Source: Erysipelotrichaceae bacterium
GTDB taxonomy: Bacteria > Bacillota_I > Bacilli_A > Erysipelotrichales > Erysipelotrichaceae
Length of the DNA: 64,000 nucleotides
Direction of reading: 5' to 3'
NCBI GenBank assembly: GCA_017404205.1
Contig: JAFRCV010000018.1
Location: 9,029-73,028 of the forward strand
Of this stretch, positions 36,056 to 46,284 are shown piece by piece. The stretch's first letter is position 1, and each line of letters opens with the position of its first letter. Under the pieces are notes generated by a model. That model saw nothing but the letters and a program-made list of their open reading frames with translations, made no database searches and was not told the DNA's origin. The position numbers and the translations under genes were made by a program.

Positions 36056-36907
36056 TTACTTTGCCTCCTTTAATAAATTACATGTTTCTTCATATTTATG
36101 TCTTTCAAAAGATGCATACATTTTATTTCTTGCCATGGCTTCATCAAAATCAACTTCATAGCCGTCAAAGTCTGGACCATCAACACAAGCAAATTTAGTG
36201 ACTTTTTTGCCATCAATATTTAATGTTAAACGACAGCAACCACACATACCAGTTCCATCAATCATTATCGGATTCATCGAAACATCAACTGGCATATTAA
36301 ATTCTTTACATGTTAAAACAACATATTTCATCATGATAAGTGGGCCTATCGTAATGACTTTATCAAATTTTTCGCCCTTTTCTAATAATTCTTTTAAAGG
36401 AAGAGTAACATTGCCTTTTCTTCCATATGAACCATCATCACTCATAACGATTAAATTATTTGAAACTTCATTAAACTCTTTTTCCAATATCAACAAATCT
36501 TTATTTCTAAAGCCAATAATAGATGTTACTTCACATCCTAAATCATGTAATGCTCTAGCAACTGGTAAAGCAATGGCACAACCAACGCCACCACCTACAA
36601 CACAAACTTTCTTAAGCCCTTCAACCTTAGTAGGCATTCCTAATGGGCCAGCAAAATCTTCAATATAATCGCCTTCATTTTTTTGATTTAGTTCTAGAGT
36701 TGTTGAACCAACAATTTGAAAAATAATCTCAACACTTCCATCTATTGGATTACTTCCTGCGATAGTCAAAGGTATTCTTTCGCCATCTTCATTAACCCTT
36801 AGAATAATAAACTGCCCAGCTTTAGCTTTTGAAGCAATCAATGGTGCTAAGATAAGCATTCTGGTTACTGTTGGATTTAATACTTCTTTTTTAATAATCT
36901 TATACAT
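36056..36907 (-). CDS. Sulfide/dihydroorotate dehydrogenase-like FAD/NAD-binding subunit (NfnA-like)
   Basis: 283 aa with a ferredoxin-reductase fold, VVGGGVGCA, and a C-terminal CGCCR..C 2Fe-2S motif. It is paired with the gene above. Confidence 0.8.
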   Translation of the reverse strand: MYKIIKKEVLNPTVTRMLILAPLIASKAKAGQFIILRVNEDGERIPLTIAGSNPIDGSVEIIFQIVGSTTLELNQKNEGDYIEDFAGPLGMPTKVEGLKKVCVVGGGVGCAIALPVARALHDLGCEVTSIIGFRNKDLLILEKEFNEVSNNLIVMSDDGSYGRKGNVTLPLKELLEKGEKFDKVITIGPLIMMKYVVLTCKEFNMPVDVSMNPIMIDGTGMCGCCRLTLNIDGKKVTKFACVDGPDFDGYEVDFDEAMARNKMYASFERHKYEETCNLLKEAK

Positions 36908-36916
36908 ATTGCCTCC

Positions 36917-38725
36917 CTAATTGTGTTCTTCTTCAATATCTTCTAATTTATTAAAATAATAATCATGTGCATTTTGATATTCAAGATTAAATGTTGTATC
37001 ATCGCCACGATGAAGTGATGACATATATTCGTGGGCTTCAATTTGTTCTTTAAGATTAGCTCTAACAATTGTCGCTACCCCTACATTTGAACAAACATCA
37101 GAAATTCTTTCGATATCATTTAATAGATTTAAAAATACTGTTCCTGTATATAAATTACAATTTCCACGATTAAGTCTTCTAATATGATTATCTTTTAATG
37201 TTGATGTAATGTCATCTACAACTTCTTCAAGTGGTTCAATTGATTTAGCAGCATTGACATCACGTTTAACGAAAGCTTGTTTTGCGTAGTCCAATATGTG
37301 ATCAATAACTTCTTTGACAACATCTAATTCTTCAAATGCTTCAATAGAGAATTTTTCACCTTTTTTATTTAGCTCAACTGCATAATCACAAATGTTTTTA
37401 GCATGATCACCAAGCCTTTCAAATTCTGTAGCTATTGAATAATATTGCGACATGATTTTAGCATTGGAATCACTATTTATATGTGATGATAATAAAACTA
37501 AATAATTATTTACTTTATCAGTTAACAAATCGATATTGTCTTCATCACGTACTAATTCTTCAACCTTCTTTTGGTCAAAGTCTTTTAATAAATTAAATGA
37601 TAAATCAATATTTTTTCTTGCGAGTTCATACATTTTAATCAACACTTTATAACAAGAATTAAAGGCAAGCGAAGGTGATTCAAATAGTTTTGTATCTAAA
37701 GAATCAATTAAGTCACTATATTCATTTGATTCTTTTTTGTTGTCTTTAACGATTCTATTTGTTATTTTTTCAAATACATTTAAGATTGGTAAAACAATTA
37801 ATGCACAAACAATATTAAATATCGAATTTGTATTGGCAATTAGACTTGAATTAGCTGTTTCTTCCCATATTCCATTTAATAAGCCTATCTTATGGAATAT
37901 AAAAACGCCAATTATTACAATCAATGTCTTTGCGATATTATATAAAACATTGACGATGCCTACTTTCCTTGCCTCTGCTTTTGCGCCGATAGAACAAACA
38001 ATCGCTGTCGTCAAACAATCACCTAAATAAATACCTAATATAACTGGATAAATTGATTTAAAAAATAATTGTCCTGATACAGAGAAGGCTTGTAAAATAC
38101 CTACCGCTGCACTAGATGATTGTAAGATGAAAGATACAATAAAACCAATGCCATATCCCAAAATTGGGCTTTTTGATAAATGCACAAACAACATATCAAA
38201 AACACCACTATTGTTTAATTCACTTACACCACTAGTCATATTCATTAATCCAGTAAACAAAATTCCAAAGCCCATCAATATTGTGCCTGTGTTATCAGAT
38301 TTACTGTTTGTCACAAACATAATTAAAATAATTCCAATAATTAACGCAAGTGGAGCTAGTGTTGAAGGTTTAAAAAACTGTAGCCAGGCAGTTGATGAAG
38401 AATCAATATCCATCAAACGAATAATCTGTCCAGTTACAGTTGTACCAATATTTGCGCCAACGACAACACCTAATGACTGTTTGAAAGTTAAAAGGTTTGC
38501 AGCTACAAGTCCCGATGTAATTACAATAGTAGCAGTTGATGATTGAATAAGCGCTGTTACAATAACTCCTAATAAAAAAGATTTAATAAAATTATCAGTT
38601 ACCTTTGAAAGGATTGCTTTTAAGGTGCCAGTTGAACTTTCTCTTAAAGCTCCTGACATCATACGCATTCCATATAGAAATAAAGCTAATCCGCCAAATA
38701 AGGTGATAATGTTTAATATTGACAT
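36917..38725 (-). CDS. Na/Pi cotransporter family protein with a C-terminal PhoU-like domain
   Basis: Duplicated QSSSA(T/A) motifs in a polytopic N-half, and PhoU-like helical repeats in the C-half. Confidence 0.85.
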   Translation of the reverse strand: MSILNIITLFGGLALFLYGMRMMSGALRESSTGTLKAILSKVTDNFIKSFLLGVIVTALIQSSTATIVITSGLVAANLLTFKQSLGVVVGANIGTTVTGQIIRLMDIDSSSTAWLQFFKPSTLAPLALIIGIILIMFVTNSKSDNTGTILMGFGILFTGLMNMTSGVSELNNSGVFDMLFVHLSKSPILGYGIGFIVSFILQSSSAAVGILQAFSVSGQLFFKSIYPVILGIYLGDCLTTAIVCSIGAKAEARKVGIVNVLYNIAKTLIVIIGVFIFHKIGLLNGIWEETANSSLIANTNSIFNIVCALIVLPILNVFEKITNRIVKDNKKESNEYSDLIDSLDTKLFESPSLAFNSCYKVLIKMYELARKNIDLSFNLLKDFDQKKVEELVRDEDNIDLLTDKVNNYLVLLSSHINSDSNAKIMSQYYSIATEFERLGDHAKNICDYAVELNKKGEKFSIEAFEELDVVKEVIDHILDYAKQAFVKRDVNAAKSIEPLEEVVDDITSTLKDNHIRRLNRGNCNLYTGTVFLNLLNDIERISDVCSNVGVATIVRANLKEQIEAHEYMSSLHRGDDTTFNLEYQNAHDYYFNKLEDIEEEHN

Positions 38726-38771
38726 AATCTAATTTTATGAGTTTTTAGTATTATTTACAATTACAAAAGCC

Positions 38772-39302
38772 TTATTTTATTATTCTTAAAAGCCCTGGAG
38801 CCAATAACATATTTATTACTAATTCAATTAAAAAGTTAATTGAAATAAATAGTCCAAAAGCAGCTGCAAATGCAGTATCAAAGAATAAGATCAAGAATAT
38901 TATTAATGTACCAGTATTGCATATTGGAGCTAGTGCACCAGCAACAACAATAGCAGCCTTCTTGTTGTTTATTTTTTTATAAACTAATCCTGGAACAAAA
39001 CCTGCTAAAAATCCTTTCAATAAACATACAATAGTTGTATGAACTGGATGTACAGCAAACATACTTGCACCACCAACATCAGCACCAACAACAACCATCG
39101 CCAAAACGATTGCTCCAAAGATTAGGCCCATTAAACCACCCTCAAATGGTCCATATTTAGCAGCAATTATTACAACAGGAACAAGTGTGAGCGTAATTGG
39201 AAAGCTTCCAATCTTGATAAATGTTGCGACCAATTGTAAAACAACAACAATTGCTCCAAATACTGCTAAAGTTACGAGTTTCTTTGTCTTTTCATTTTTC
39301 AT
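38772..39302 (-). CDS. Small polytopic membrane protein, likely an ECF-transporter S component (substrate unknown)
   Basis: 176 aa with about 6 TM helices. Size and hydrophobic pattern are typical of S components. No diagnostic motif. Confidence 0.45.
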   Translation of the reverse strand: MKNEKTKKLVTLAVFGAIVVVLQLVATFIKIGSFPITLTLVPVVIIAAKYGPFEGGLMGLIFGAIVLAMVVVGADVGGASMFAVHPVHTTIVCLLKGFLAGFVPGLVYKKINNKKAAIVVAGALAPICNTGTLIIFLILFFDTAFAAAFGLFISINFLIELVINMLLAPGLLRIIK

Positions 39303-39332
39303 AATAAGTATTATAACATTTATATAAACTTT

Positions 39333-40046
39333 ATGATTAAGTCTAACTGGAAGCTTATAAAAGAAGGATTAATAGATGGTGTGCCTATTGGACTTGGCTA
39401 TTTTGCTGTTGCTTTTTCTTTGGGCATTTTAGCTACTAAAGCTAATCTAACTGCCCTTCAAGGTTTTGTTGCATCATTACTTTGTAATGCATCGGCTGGT
39501 GAGTATGCTGGATTTCTAGTTATCATCAGTAATGCTTCATACTTGCAAATGATCATAATGACGCTAGTAGCTAATATGCGTTATTTATTGATGTCAGCAT
39601 CTTTATCACAAAGATGTGATAAAGATTTAAATATTAAGCATCGTCTTATACTATCTTTCTATATAACTGATGAATTATTCGGCATAACAATCGCTAGAAA
39701 AGGAAAACTAAATCCTTACTATACATATGGTGCAATATTGCCAGCTACTTTGATGTGGTCACTTGGAACAGCAATTGGCATAATTGCTGGAGAAGTTTTA
39801 CCAACAAGAATAGTTAGTGCACTATCTGTAGCCCTTTATGGAATGTTTTTAGCGATTATTATTCCTCCTTGTAAAGAAGATAAAAGAATTCTGTGTCTAA
39901 TTATTACTAGTTTTACATTAAGCTTTCTAGGTTCTTATTATTTGCCATATTTAAAAGATTTATCAAATGGCACAAGAACCATTATACTTACAATTATTAT
40001 CGCAAGTATAGCCAGCATTATATGGCCAAGGAGGGAAGATGCATAA
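39333..40046 (+). CDS. azlC: AzlC-family branched-chain amino acid exporter subunit
   Basis: GVPIGLGYFAVAFSLG N-terminal pattern. It is paired with the azlD-like gene, overlapping by 8 nt. Confidence 0.8.
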   Translation: MIKSNWKLIKEGLIDGVPIGLGYFAVAFSLGILATKANLTALQGFVASLLCNASAGEYAGFLVIISNASYLQMIIMTLVANMRYLLMSASLSQRCDKDLNIKHRLILSFYITDELFGITIARKGKLNPYYTYGAILPATLMWSLGTAIGIIAGEVLPTRIVSALSVALYGMFLAIIIPPCKEDKRILCLIITSFTLSFLGSYYLPYLKDLSNGTRTIILTIIIASIASIIWPRREDA

Positions 40047-40344
40047 TCCTTGGATATACATATTAATAATGGCAACAGTGACCTATGTGATTAGAGTCTT
40101 GCCAATGATTTTATTGCGTAAACCTATTAATAATATATTTATTAAATCCTTTTTATATTATGTTCCTTATGTTACTTTAGCAATTATGACTTTCCCAGCA
40201 ATTATTGAAGCTTGTGAATCAAGTGTTGCAGCTTATATATCATTAATTGTTGGCATTATAGCCGCTTATAAAAAAGTTTCATTAATTGGTGTAGCTAGCA
40301 TATGTTGTTTGGTTGTTTTGTTTGTTGAAAGCATTGTCCTATAA
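40039..40344 (+). CDS. azlD: AzlD-family branched-chain amino acid transport protein
   Basis: 101 aa with 3-4 TM helices and the YVIRVLPMILL motif. Confidence 0.75.
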   Translation: MHNPWIYILIMATVTYVIRVLPMILLRKPINNIFIKSFLYYVPYVTLAIMTFPAIIEACESSVAAYISLIVGIIAAYKKVSLIGVASICCLVVLFVESIVL

Positions 40345-40351
40345 TATAAAT

Positions 40352-41419
40352 ATGAAGAAGTTTTTTATTATATTGTTAGTGTTATGTTTATTTGCTTGTA
40401 GTGAAAAGCCGCTACCTAAGCCAGAACTTGCTGATGGTATTCGTGGAAGTCAATTTGGAATTGACAAAAACATCAATGAAGAAACAATTGATAATTATTT
40501 AAATAGAAAAGATAGTGTTTATATTGATTGTCGAATGCTAAAAGATGAAGCTAATTATGAAGCCATTGGTGGTGATTCATATTTAAGTGGCTATGTAAAA
40601 GGCTTTGAAATAATTCCTTTCCCATATATTTGCAATGTTGTTGGTCTACCAGAAGAGGTTGGAAATACTTATAGTGGAAAAACATTATATACGCTTAATG
40701 ATGATGGAACATATAGTCCAAATTTTGAAGAATCAAATACAATAATTGAAAAATTATATCCAAAAGATAAAGTAATCTTTCTAATGTGTGGTGGCGGAGG
40801 CTACGCAGGTATGGCTAAAAACTTTTTAATTGCCAACGGCTATGATGAAAATAAAATCTATAATGTTGGTGGCTTTTGGTTTTACAATGGCAAAAACGCT
40901 ATCAGCACAAAACAAGATGATGGCACTTATGATTTTTCAGGAATTAAATATCACGAAATTAATTTCGATGCTTTAACACCAATTAATAGCGATAAAAATA
41001 TCGATATTGATCCTCGAAATACAACTATTAAAGAAATTGAAAATGTTGATGATTTATTAAGTGGTAATTCAGATGCTCTATTATTTATTTATTTACCAGC
41101 TTGTAGTTCATGTGCCTCATTTAGACCAATAGTTGAAGAATTCGCAAATAGTAAGCAAATTGATGTTTATTCAATTACATTAGATAAATTAAAAGAAAAA
41201 GATGACTTTAAAGATGTAAAATTTACTCCTTCGTTAGCTATTATTAAAGAAGGAAAAATATTAGATTTCCTTAAAGCCGATAACAACGAAGATAGTAAAT
41301 ATTATGAAAATGTATATAATCTATCTACTTGGATTTCAGAATATTTAGATACCAACATTATTGAAGGAGAAGCAAGTACATCTTTAGAAGAATGTGAAGA
41401 TGCTTGTACTTTGGGATAA
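40352..41419 (+). CDS. Lipoprotein with a rhodanese-like domain fused to a thioredoxin-like (CSSC) domain
   Basis: MKKFFIILLVLCLFAC is a lipobox. FLMCGGGGYAG is a rhodanese-type Cys loop. LFIYLPACSSCASFRP is thioredoxin-like CxxC. The start was moved from the track start at 40313. Confidence 0.55.
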   Translation: MKKFFIILLVLCLFACSEKPLPKPELADGIRGSQFGIDKNINEETIDNYLNRKDSVYIDCRMLKDEANYEAIGGDSYLSGYVKGFEIIPFPYICNVVGLPEEVGNTYSGKTLYTLNDDGTYSPNFEESNTIIEKLYPKDKVIFLMCGGGGYAGMAKNFLIANGYDENKIYNVGGFWFYNGKNAISTKQDDGTYDFSGIKYHEINFDALTPINSDKNIDIDPRNTTIKEIENVDDLLSGNSDALLFIYLPACSSCASFRPIVEEFANSKQIDVYSITLDKLKEKDDFKDVKFTPSLAIIKEGKILDFLKADNNEDSKYYENVYNLSTWISEYLDTNIIEGEASTSLEECEDACTLG

Positions 41420-41420
41420 T

Positions 41421-41449
41421 TTGACATTTAGCGAAAATTGTTTGATAAT
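41421..41449 (+). promoter_or_regulatory. Near-consensus sigma-A promoter upstream of rpmG-secE-nusG
   Basis: TTGACA (41421-41426), a 17 nt spacer, then GATAAT (41444-41449). Confidence 0.5.
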
Positions 41450-41455
41450 ATAAGA

Positions 41456-41480
41456 GGTTATTGGGAACAATAACTTTTTA
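41456..41480 (+). terminator. Terminator-like hairpin between the promoter and the rpmG start
   Basis: GGTTATTG-ggaa-CAATAACT followed by TTTTT. It sequesters the only purine-rich SD-like element (AAGAGG). Confidence 0.35.
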
Positions 41481-41490
41481 AATACTTTTT

Positions 41491-41643
41491 ATGAAAGACA
41501 AAAACAAAGTTATACTTACATGTAGCGAATGCTTATCAAGAAATTATGTTACGCACAAGAACAAAAGTTCTTCTTTAAGATTGGAAATAATGAAATTTTG
41601 TCCTAAATGCAATAAACATACACTACACAAAGAAACTAAATAG
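41491..41643 (+). CDS. rpmG: 50S ribosomal protein L33 (below the ORF-track cutoff)
   Basis: [50 protein letters not shown], with a CxxC...CxxC zinc ribbon. It lies immediately upstream of secE-nusG. Confidence 0.9.
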   Translation: MKDKNKVILTCSECLSRNYVTHKNKSSSLRLEIMKFCPKCNKHTLHKETK

Positions 41644-41655
41644 GAGGAAAAAAAT

Positions 41656-41838
41656 ATGAGTTGGTTTAACCCTGCTGCTATCGTAAAAGAAATTTCTAAA
41701 ATTAGATGGCCAAAGAGAAATGATTTACTTACAAATTCTGTACAAGTTGTTATTTTCACTGCATTCTTCGCTTTATACTTCTTTGGATGTCAATTCTTAA
41801 TTTCTTTATTACTAAGACTTGTAGGAGTTATTAGATAA
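41656..41838 (+). CDS. secE: Preprotein translocase subunit SecE
   Basis: 60 aa with a single TM helix. The KEISKIRWPKRNDL motif is present. SD AGGAGGAAA. Confidence 0.85.
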   Translation: MSWFNPAAIVKEISKIRWPKRNDLLTNSVQVVIFTAFFALYFFGCQFLISLLLRLVGVIR

Positions 41839-42386
41839 TGAGCGAAATTAATGAAAAACGTTGGTATGTCGTTAATACCTATGCTGGACATGAAAATAGA
41901 GTTAAAGAAAATCTTGAAAAAAGAATGGAAACAATGGGAATTTCTGATAACCTATTTAGAGTTGTTGTAGCAGAAGAAACCCAAATTGAAGTTAAAAACG
42001 AAAAGACAAAAGAAGTAGTTAAAAACATCTTCCCAGGTTACTTATTCGTAGAAATGGTTATGACTGATGAAGCTTGGTATGTTGTAAGAAATACTCCAGG
42101 TGTAACAGGATTTATTGGTTCTTCTGGTGGTGGCGCAAAACCAATTCCAGTTAAAGACCCTGAAATTGAAGCTATATTACGTAGAATAGGCAAATCTGAT
42201 AAAGCTGTTGAAGTTGAATTTAAAGTTGGTGACAATGTTAAAATTCTATCTGGCCCATTCTCTGGTATGGAAGGTGTTGTTGAATCAATGAACGATCAAA
42301 CACAAGTTGCTACAGTATTAATCATCTTGTTTGGTAGAGAAACACCTACTGATATCAACTATGTTGATTTAGGACCAATCGATTAA
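41838..42386 (+). CDS. nusG: Transcription termination/antitermination factor NusG
   Basis: NGN domain (WYVVNTYAGHENRVK) and KOW motif (FKVGDNVKILSGPFSGMEGVV). Confidence 0.95.
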   Translation: MSEINEKRWYVVNTYAGHENRVKENLEKRMETMGISDNLFRVVVAEETQIEVKNEKTKEVVKNIFPGYLFVEMVMTDEAWYVVRNTPGVTGFIGSSGGGAKPIPVKDPEIEAILRRIGKSDKAVEVEFKVGDNVKILSGPFSGMEGVVESMNDQTQVATVLIILFGRETPTDINYVDLGPID

Positions 42387-42391
42387 CCATA

Positions 42392-42425
42392 AAAGCCGTT
42401 AATTTATAACGGCTTTATTTTTTAT
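42392..42425. terminator. Bidirectional terminator between nusG and folD
   Basis: AAAGCCGTTA-attta-TAACGGCTTT followed by a T-run. Confidence 0.65.
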
Positions 42426-43260
42426 TTCTTATGCATGCAGTCACAACATTATTTATTAATACTGCTGTTGTTACAGAACCTACACCTCCTGGAACTGGTG
42501 TAATGTTTTTTACTAATGGTTCAACTTCTTCAAATTGGACATCACCACATAATTTTCCTTTTTCTTGATTCCAAGATATACCAACATCAATGATTGTTTG
42601 ATTAGGATTGGTGTATGTTTTATCAATAGATTCCATTTGGCCAGTTGCACAAATTAGAATATCGCTATTGGATGCAATCTTTTCAATGTCCTTTGTCTTG
42701 CTGTGGCAAATGGTTACTGTTGCATTTTTATTTAATAGTAACAATGAAACAGGTTTGCCGATAACAAGTGATCTTCCAAGTACAACAACACTTTTTCCAG
42801 AAACATCGACATTATAATAATCTAATATTTCAATAGCTGCTTTTGCAGTAGCAGGAGCAAAGCCCTTTTCGCTATTTGTTAATAGGCCAGCAAGAGATCC
42901 ATCACCACAACCATCAACATCTTTTTCAGTTGCAATATAGTTTCTAAGCTTTGCATCATCAAATCTTTTTGGAAATGGTCTAAATATTAAAATGCCATGA
43001 ATGTTTACATCGCTATTAGCTTCATCAAGCTTTTGATAGAAAGCTTCTTCATCGACATCTTCTTTAAAAATATATTTTCTAATTTCTAAGCCAACTTCAC
43101 TAGCCTTTTTTTCAATTCCTCTTTCATATGAAAGATCATTGTCTTTTTCACCAAGTCTAAATATTGCCAAACAAGGTCTAATATTATTTTTTTCGACTAC
43201 TTCTTTGCTTCTATTAATTATTTCTAAAGCAACATCTTTTCCTTTTAAAAGATTAGCCAT
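42415..43260 (-). CDS. folD: Bifunctional methylene-THF dehydrogenase/methenyl-THF cyclohydrolase
   Basis: 281 aa with VVVLGRSLVIGKP and PVPGGVGSVT. Confidence 0.92.
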   Translation of the reverse strand: MANLLKGKDVALEIINRSKEVVEKNNIRPCLAIFRLGEKDNDLSYERGIEKKASEVGLEIRKYIFKEDVDEEAFYQKLDEANSDVNIHGILIFRPFPKRFDDAKLRNYIATEKDVDGCGDGSLAGLLTNSEKGFAPATAKAAIEILDYYNVDVSGKSVVVLGRSLVIGKPVSLLLLNKNATVTICHSKTKDIEKIASNSDILICATGQMESIDKTYTNPNQTIIDVGISWNQEKGKLCGDVQFEEVEPLVKNITPVPGGVGSVTTAVLINNVVTACIRNKK

Positions 43261-43873
43261 TATCAGTCAACCTCTTACAAATATTGTCAAATATATTTAA
43301 TGCTTTTACAGAATATTTATCGACTATCTCGATTGCTTCTTTATTCATTCTTAAAGCATATTCTTGATCTTTCATTAATCTTGTATTAACTAAGATATTT
43401 ACATAAGCACCATACAAGCATCCATGAGCTATCATAACACTAGTAGCGGCATCAGAAACAGAAAGCTTAGAGCCGATAACGGCAAGCCTTTCATCCAATT
43501 CAATTATTCTTTTACAGTATTTTAGAATCATCATTGGCGAATCAGCTGCTTGTCTTAAACATTTCTCTAGATTTTCATAATAGCCTTCTTCATCTTTTGA
43601 CATAGCATAAGCTTTCGCTAGTGGTTCAAATGCTTTAGCATCACCATTTATACAAGCTAATAAATTACATCTAATTAATTCTAATTCTTTTTTTATATCT
43701 TCTAGTTCATCTGTAAAACTAATATATTTAGATTTACCAATAGTTAAATTAGTTACCATTTCTCCTAGTGCTGCAGCTAATGCACCTATATTTGCGCATA
43801 CTCCACCACCTCCAGGTACAGGGCTTTTACTAGCAGTTAATTCTGAAAATTCTTTGATACTTTTATTTTCCAT
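43253..43873 (-). CDS. fchA: Cyclodeaminase/cyclohydrolase-family protein (FchA/FTCD-C-like)
   Basis: SKSPVPGGGGVCANIGALAAALGEMV N-terminal motif. It lies between fhs and folD. Confidence 0.8.
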   Translation of the reverse strand: MENKSIKEFSELTASKSPVPGGGGVCANIGALAAALGEMVTNLTIGKSKYISFTDELEDIKKELELIRCNLLACINGDAKAFEPLAKAYAMSKDEEGYYENLEKCLRQAADSPMMILKYCKRIIELDERLAVIGSKLSVSDAATSVMIAHGCLYGAYVNILVNTRLMKDQEYALRMNKEAIEIVDKYSVKALNIFDNICKRLTDNG

Positions 43874-45543
43874 TAGAATAGCCCCGTAATAACGCCATTG
43901 TCATCAACATCAATCTTTTCAGCTGCTGGAACTTTAGGAAGGCCTGGCATTGTCATAATCTCTCCAGTTAAAGCAACTATAAATCCAGCGCCAGCACTTA
44001 CTTTTAAATTTCTAACACTGACAGTAAAGCCTTTTGGCGCACCCAATAAAGTTGGATCATCAGAGAAGCTATATTGTGTTTTTGCCATACAAATTGGTAA
44101 TGAGTCAAAATTATTGTCTTTTAATTGTTGAAGTTGTTTAACTGCATTTCCAACAAGTTGAACACCATCAGCATGATATATCTTCTTACAAATATCTTCT
44201 AATTTCTTTTCAATTGGATCATTTATATCATAAGCAAAAGTGAAATCATTTTCTTCTTCACATAATTTGACAACTTCTTCAGCAAGTTTCTTACCGCCTT
44301 GACCACCTTTTGCCCACACTTCGCTTAATGCGACATTGACACCAAGTTCTTTACATTTATTTTCAATTAAATCAAGTTCAGCTTTTGTATCAGTTGGGAA
44401 AGCATTGATTGCGACAACACATGGAAGCTTGTAAACATTTTTAATATTATCAACATGTTGTAATAAGTTTGGAAGTCCTTTTTCTAGAGCTTCTAAATTT
44501 TCTTTTCCTAAATCATTCTTATTGACACCACCATTATATTTAAGAGCTCTAACTGTAGCTACCAATACAACAGCGCTTGGTTTTAGATTAGCTTTGCGGC
44601 ATTTAATATCTAAGAATTTTTCAGCACCTAAATCAGCACCGAATCCAGCCTCTGTTACCGCATAATCTCCAAGTTTTAATGCAAGTCTAGTAGCTGTTAC
44701 TGAATTACATCCATGAGCAATGTTGGCAAATGGACCACCATGAATAAATGTTGGTGTTCCTTCAAGTGTTTGAACAAGGTTTGGTTTTAATGCATCTTTT
44801 AATAAAGCAGCCATTGCACCTTGTGCCTTTAAATCACCAGCTGTAACTGGTTTATTATCATAATTGTAGGCAACAACTATTGAAGCAAGCTTTTTCTTTA
44901 AATCAGCTATATCGTTTGCTAAACAAAGAACAGCCATTACTTCAGAGGCAACCGTAATATCAAAACCATCTTGTCTTGGCACACCATCAGCTCTTACGCC
45001 TAATCCATCAACAATATTTCTAAGTTGACGATCATTCATATCAACAGCTCTTCTCCATATAATGCGACGTGGGTCAATATTTAATGAATTGCCTTGATGG
45101 ATATGATTATCAAGCATAGCAGCAAGTAAATTATTGGCAGCACCTATAGCGTGGAAATCACCAGTAAAATGTAAATTAATATCTTCCATTGGCACTACTT
45201 GTGCATAACCGCCGCCAGCTGCACCACCTTTGACTCCAAATACGGGACCTAAACTTGGTTCTCTTAAAGCCAAAACAACTTTTTTGCCTATCTGTCTTAA
45301 ACCATCAGCTAAACCAACTGAAGTTGTTGTTTTGCCTTCTCCTGCAGGAGTAGGATTTATAGCTGTTACTAGAATAAGCTTTCCATCTTGTTTTTCTTTC
45401 AAGTCATTTAATAATTTATAATCTACTTTAGCTTTGTAATTGCCATAAAGTTCCAAATACTCTTCTGGCACATTAGCTTCATTGGCTACATCAATTATTT
45501 TCTTTTTTTCACACGCTTGAGCAATTTGAATATCACTTAACAT
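43873..45543 (-). CDS. fhs: Formate-tetrahydrofolate ligase
   Basis: 556 aa with [13 protein letters not shown] and full-length FTHFS similarity. Confidence 0.97.
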   Translation of the reverse strand: MLSDIQIAQACEKKKIIDVANEANVPEEYLELYGNYKAKVDYKLLNDLKEKQDGKLILVTAINPTPAGEGKTTTSVGLADGLRQIGKKVVLALREPSLGPVFGVKGGAAGGGYAQVVPMEDINLHFTGDFHAIGAANNLLAAMLDNHIHQGNSLNIDPRRIIWRRAVDMNDRQLRNIVDGLGVRADGVPRQDGFDITVASEVMAVLCLANDIADLKKKLASIVVAYNYDNKPVTAGDLKAQGAMAALLKDALKPNLVQTLEGTPTFIHGGPFANIAHGCNSVTATRLALKLGDYAVTEAGFGADLGAEKFLDIKCRKANLKPSAVVLVATVRALKYNGGVNKNDLGKENLEALEKGLPNLLQHVDNIKNVYKLPCVVAINAFPTDTKAELDLIENKCKELGVNVALSEVWAKGGQGGKKLAEEVVKLCEEENDFTFAYDINDPIEKKLEDICKKIYHADGVQLVGNAVKQLQQLKDNNFDSLPICMAKTQYSFSDDPTLLGAPKGFTVSVRNLKVSAGAGFIVALTGEIMTMPGLPKVPAAEKIDVDDNGVITGLF

Positions 45544-45609
45544 AACTTGCCTCCTTGCTATTCTTTTTTATTATTATATAAATTTGTCATTTAATAATTA
45601 AGTATGTGA

Positions 45610-46284
45610 TTAAATAAACAATCTATCTATTCTTTCTTCTTGTTTTTTAGATATGCGATAGCTATCATGAGCCTTAGAAATTGTCTTTCTTAAAGTCCAT
45701 TCATCAATTTTGTTTTTTTCTAAAAAATCTATTGTCTCTTCATAATTTTTTGCTAGTGCGCTAGCAAAGTACCACGCTTTCATCATGTTCACATAATAGG
45801 TATCATATTTCACATTTGCGACATCTTTTAAATATTCAACTTTTAAGTCTTCACCTAAATAATAAGTCATTAGCGCATTAATTCCATATCGCACGGTATA
45901 TTCATCCTTAGATTTTAGCCATCTTTTTATTCTTTTTATTAATTCATCTTTATGCTTGTTGAAACATTTGATTTTAATTGAATCACATGTTGCCCAATTA
46001 TCGACATATGGTAAAAAAATCTCTAGTTCTTCGATTGCTAAATCATAATCTTTTATTCCATTTAAGATATAGGCATGTAACTGATTTTCTTCAAAAAAGA
46101 AATGTGGTAAAGCGCTTAAAAACTCTTTATCATATCCTATCTCTTTAGCCATTTTCTTTAGTTCTGGTGTTCTAACGCCAATAAAAATGTCGCTATTTAA
46201 AACAGGATTTAATTTAATAGAGAATTCTTTATAAACTAAATCCTGTTTTTTGTATAATTCTTTAACTATTTTTGTTTTCTTCAT
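45610..46284 (-). CDS. DNA alkylation repair protein (AlkD/HEAT-repeat family)
   Basis: 224 aa, all-helical, with FIGVRTPELKKMAK and W..SKDEYTVRYGI patterns. Confidence 0.7.
   Translation of the reverse strand: MKKTKIVKELYKKQDLVYKEFSIKLNPVLNSDIFIGVRTPELKKMAKEIGYDKEFLSALPHFFFEENQLHAYILNGIKDYDLAIEELEIFLPYVDNWATCDSIKIKCFNKHKDELIKRIKRWLKSKDEYTVRYGINALMTYYLGEDLKVEYLKDVANVKYDTYYVNMMKAWYFASALAKNYEETIDFLEKNKIDEWTLRKTISKAHDSYRISKKQEERIDRLFI

Noticed and set aside
36198-36668. Long antisense ORFs within conserved genes. Examples: 36198-36668, 38127-38546, 8540-8914, 16077-16463, 47754-48071, 60646-61210, 21861-22178.
   Set aside because: Each fully overlaps a gene with strong family motifs on the other strand, and none has its own SD or domain signature.
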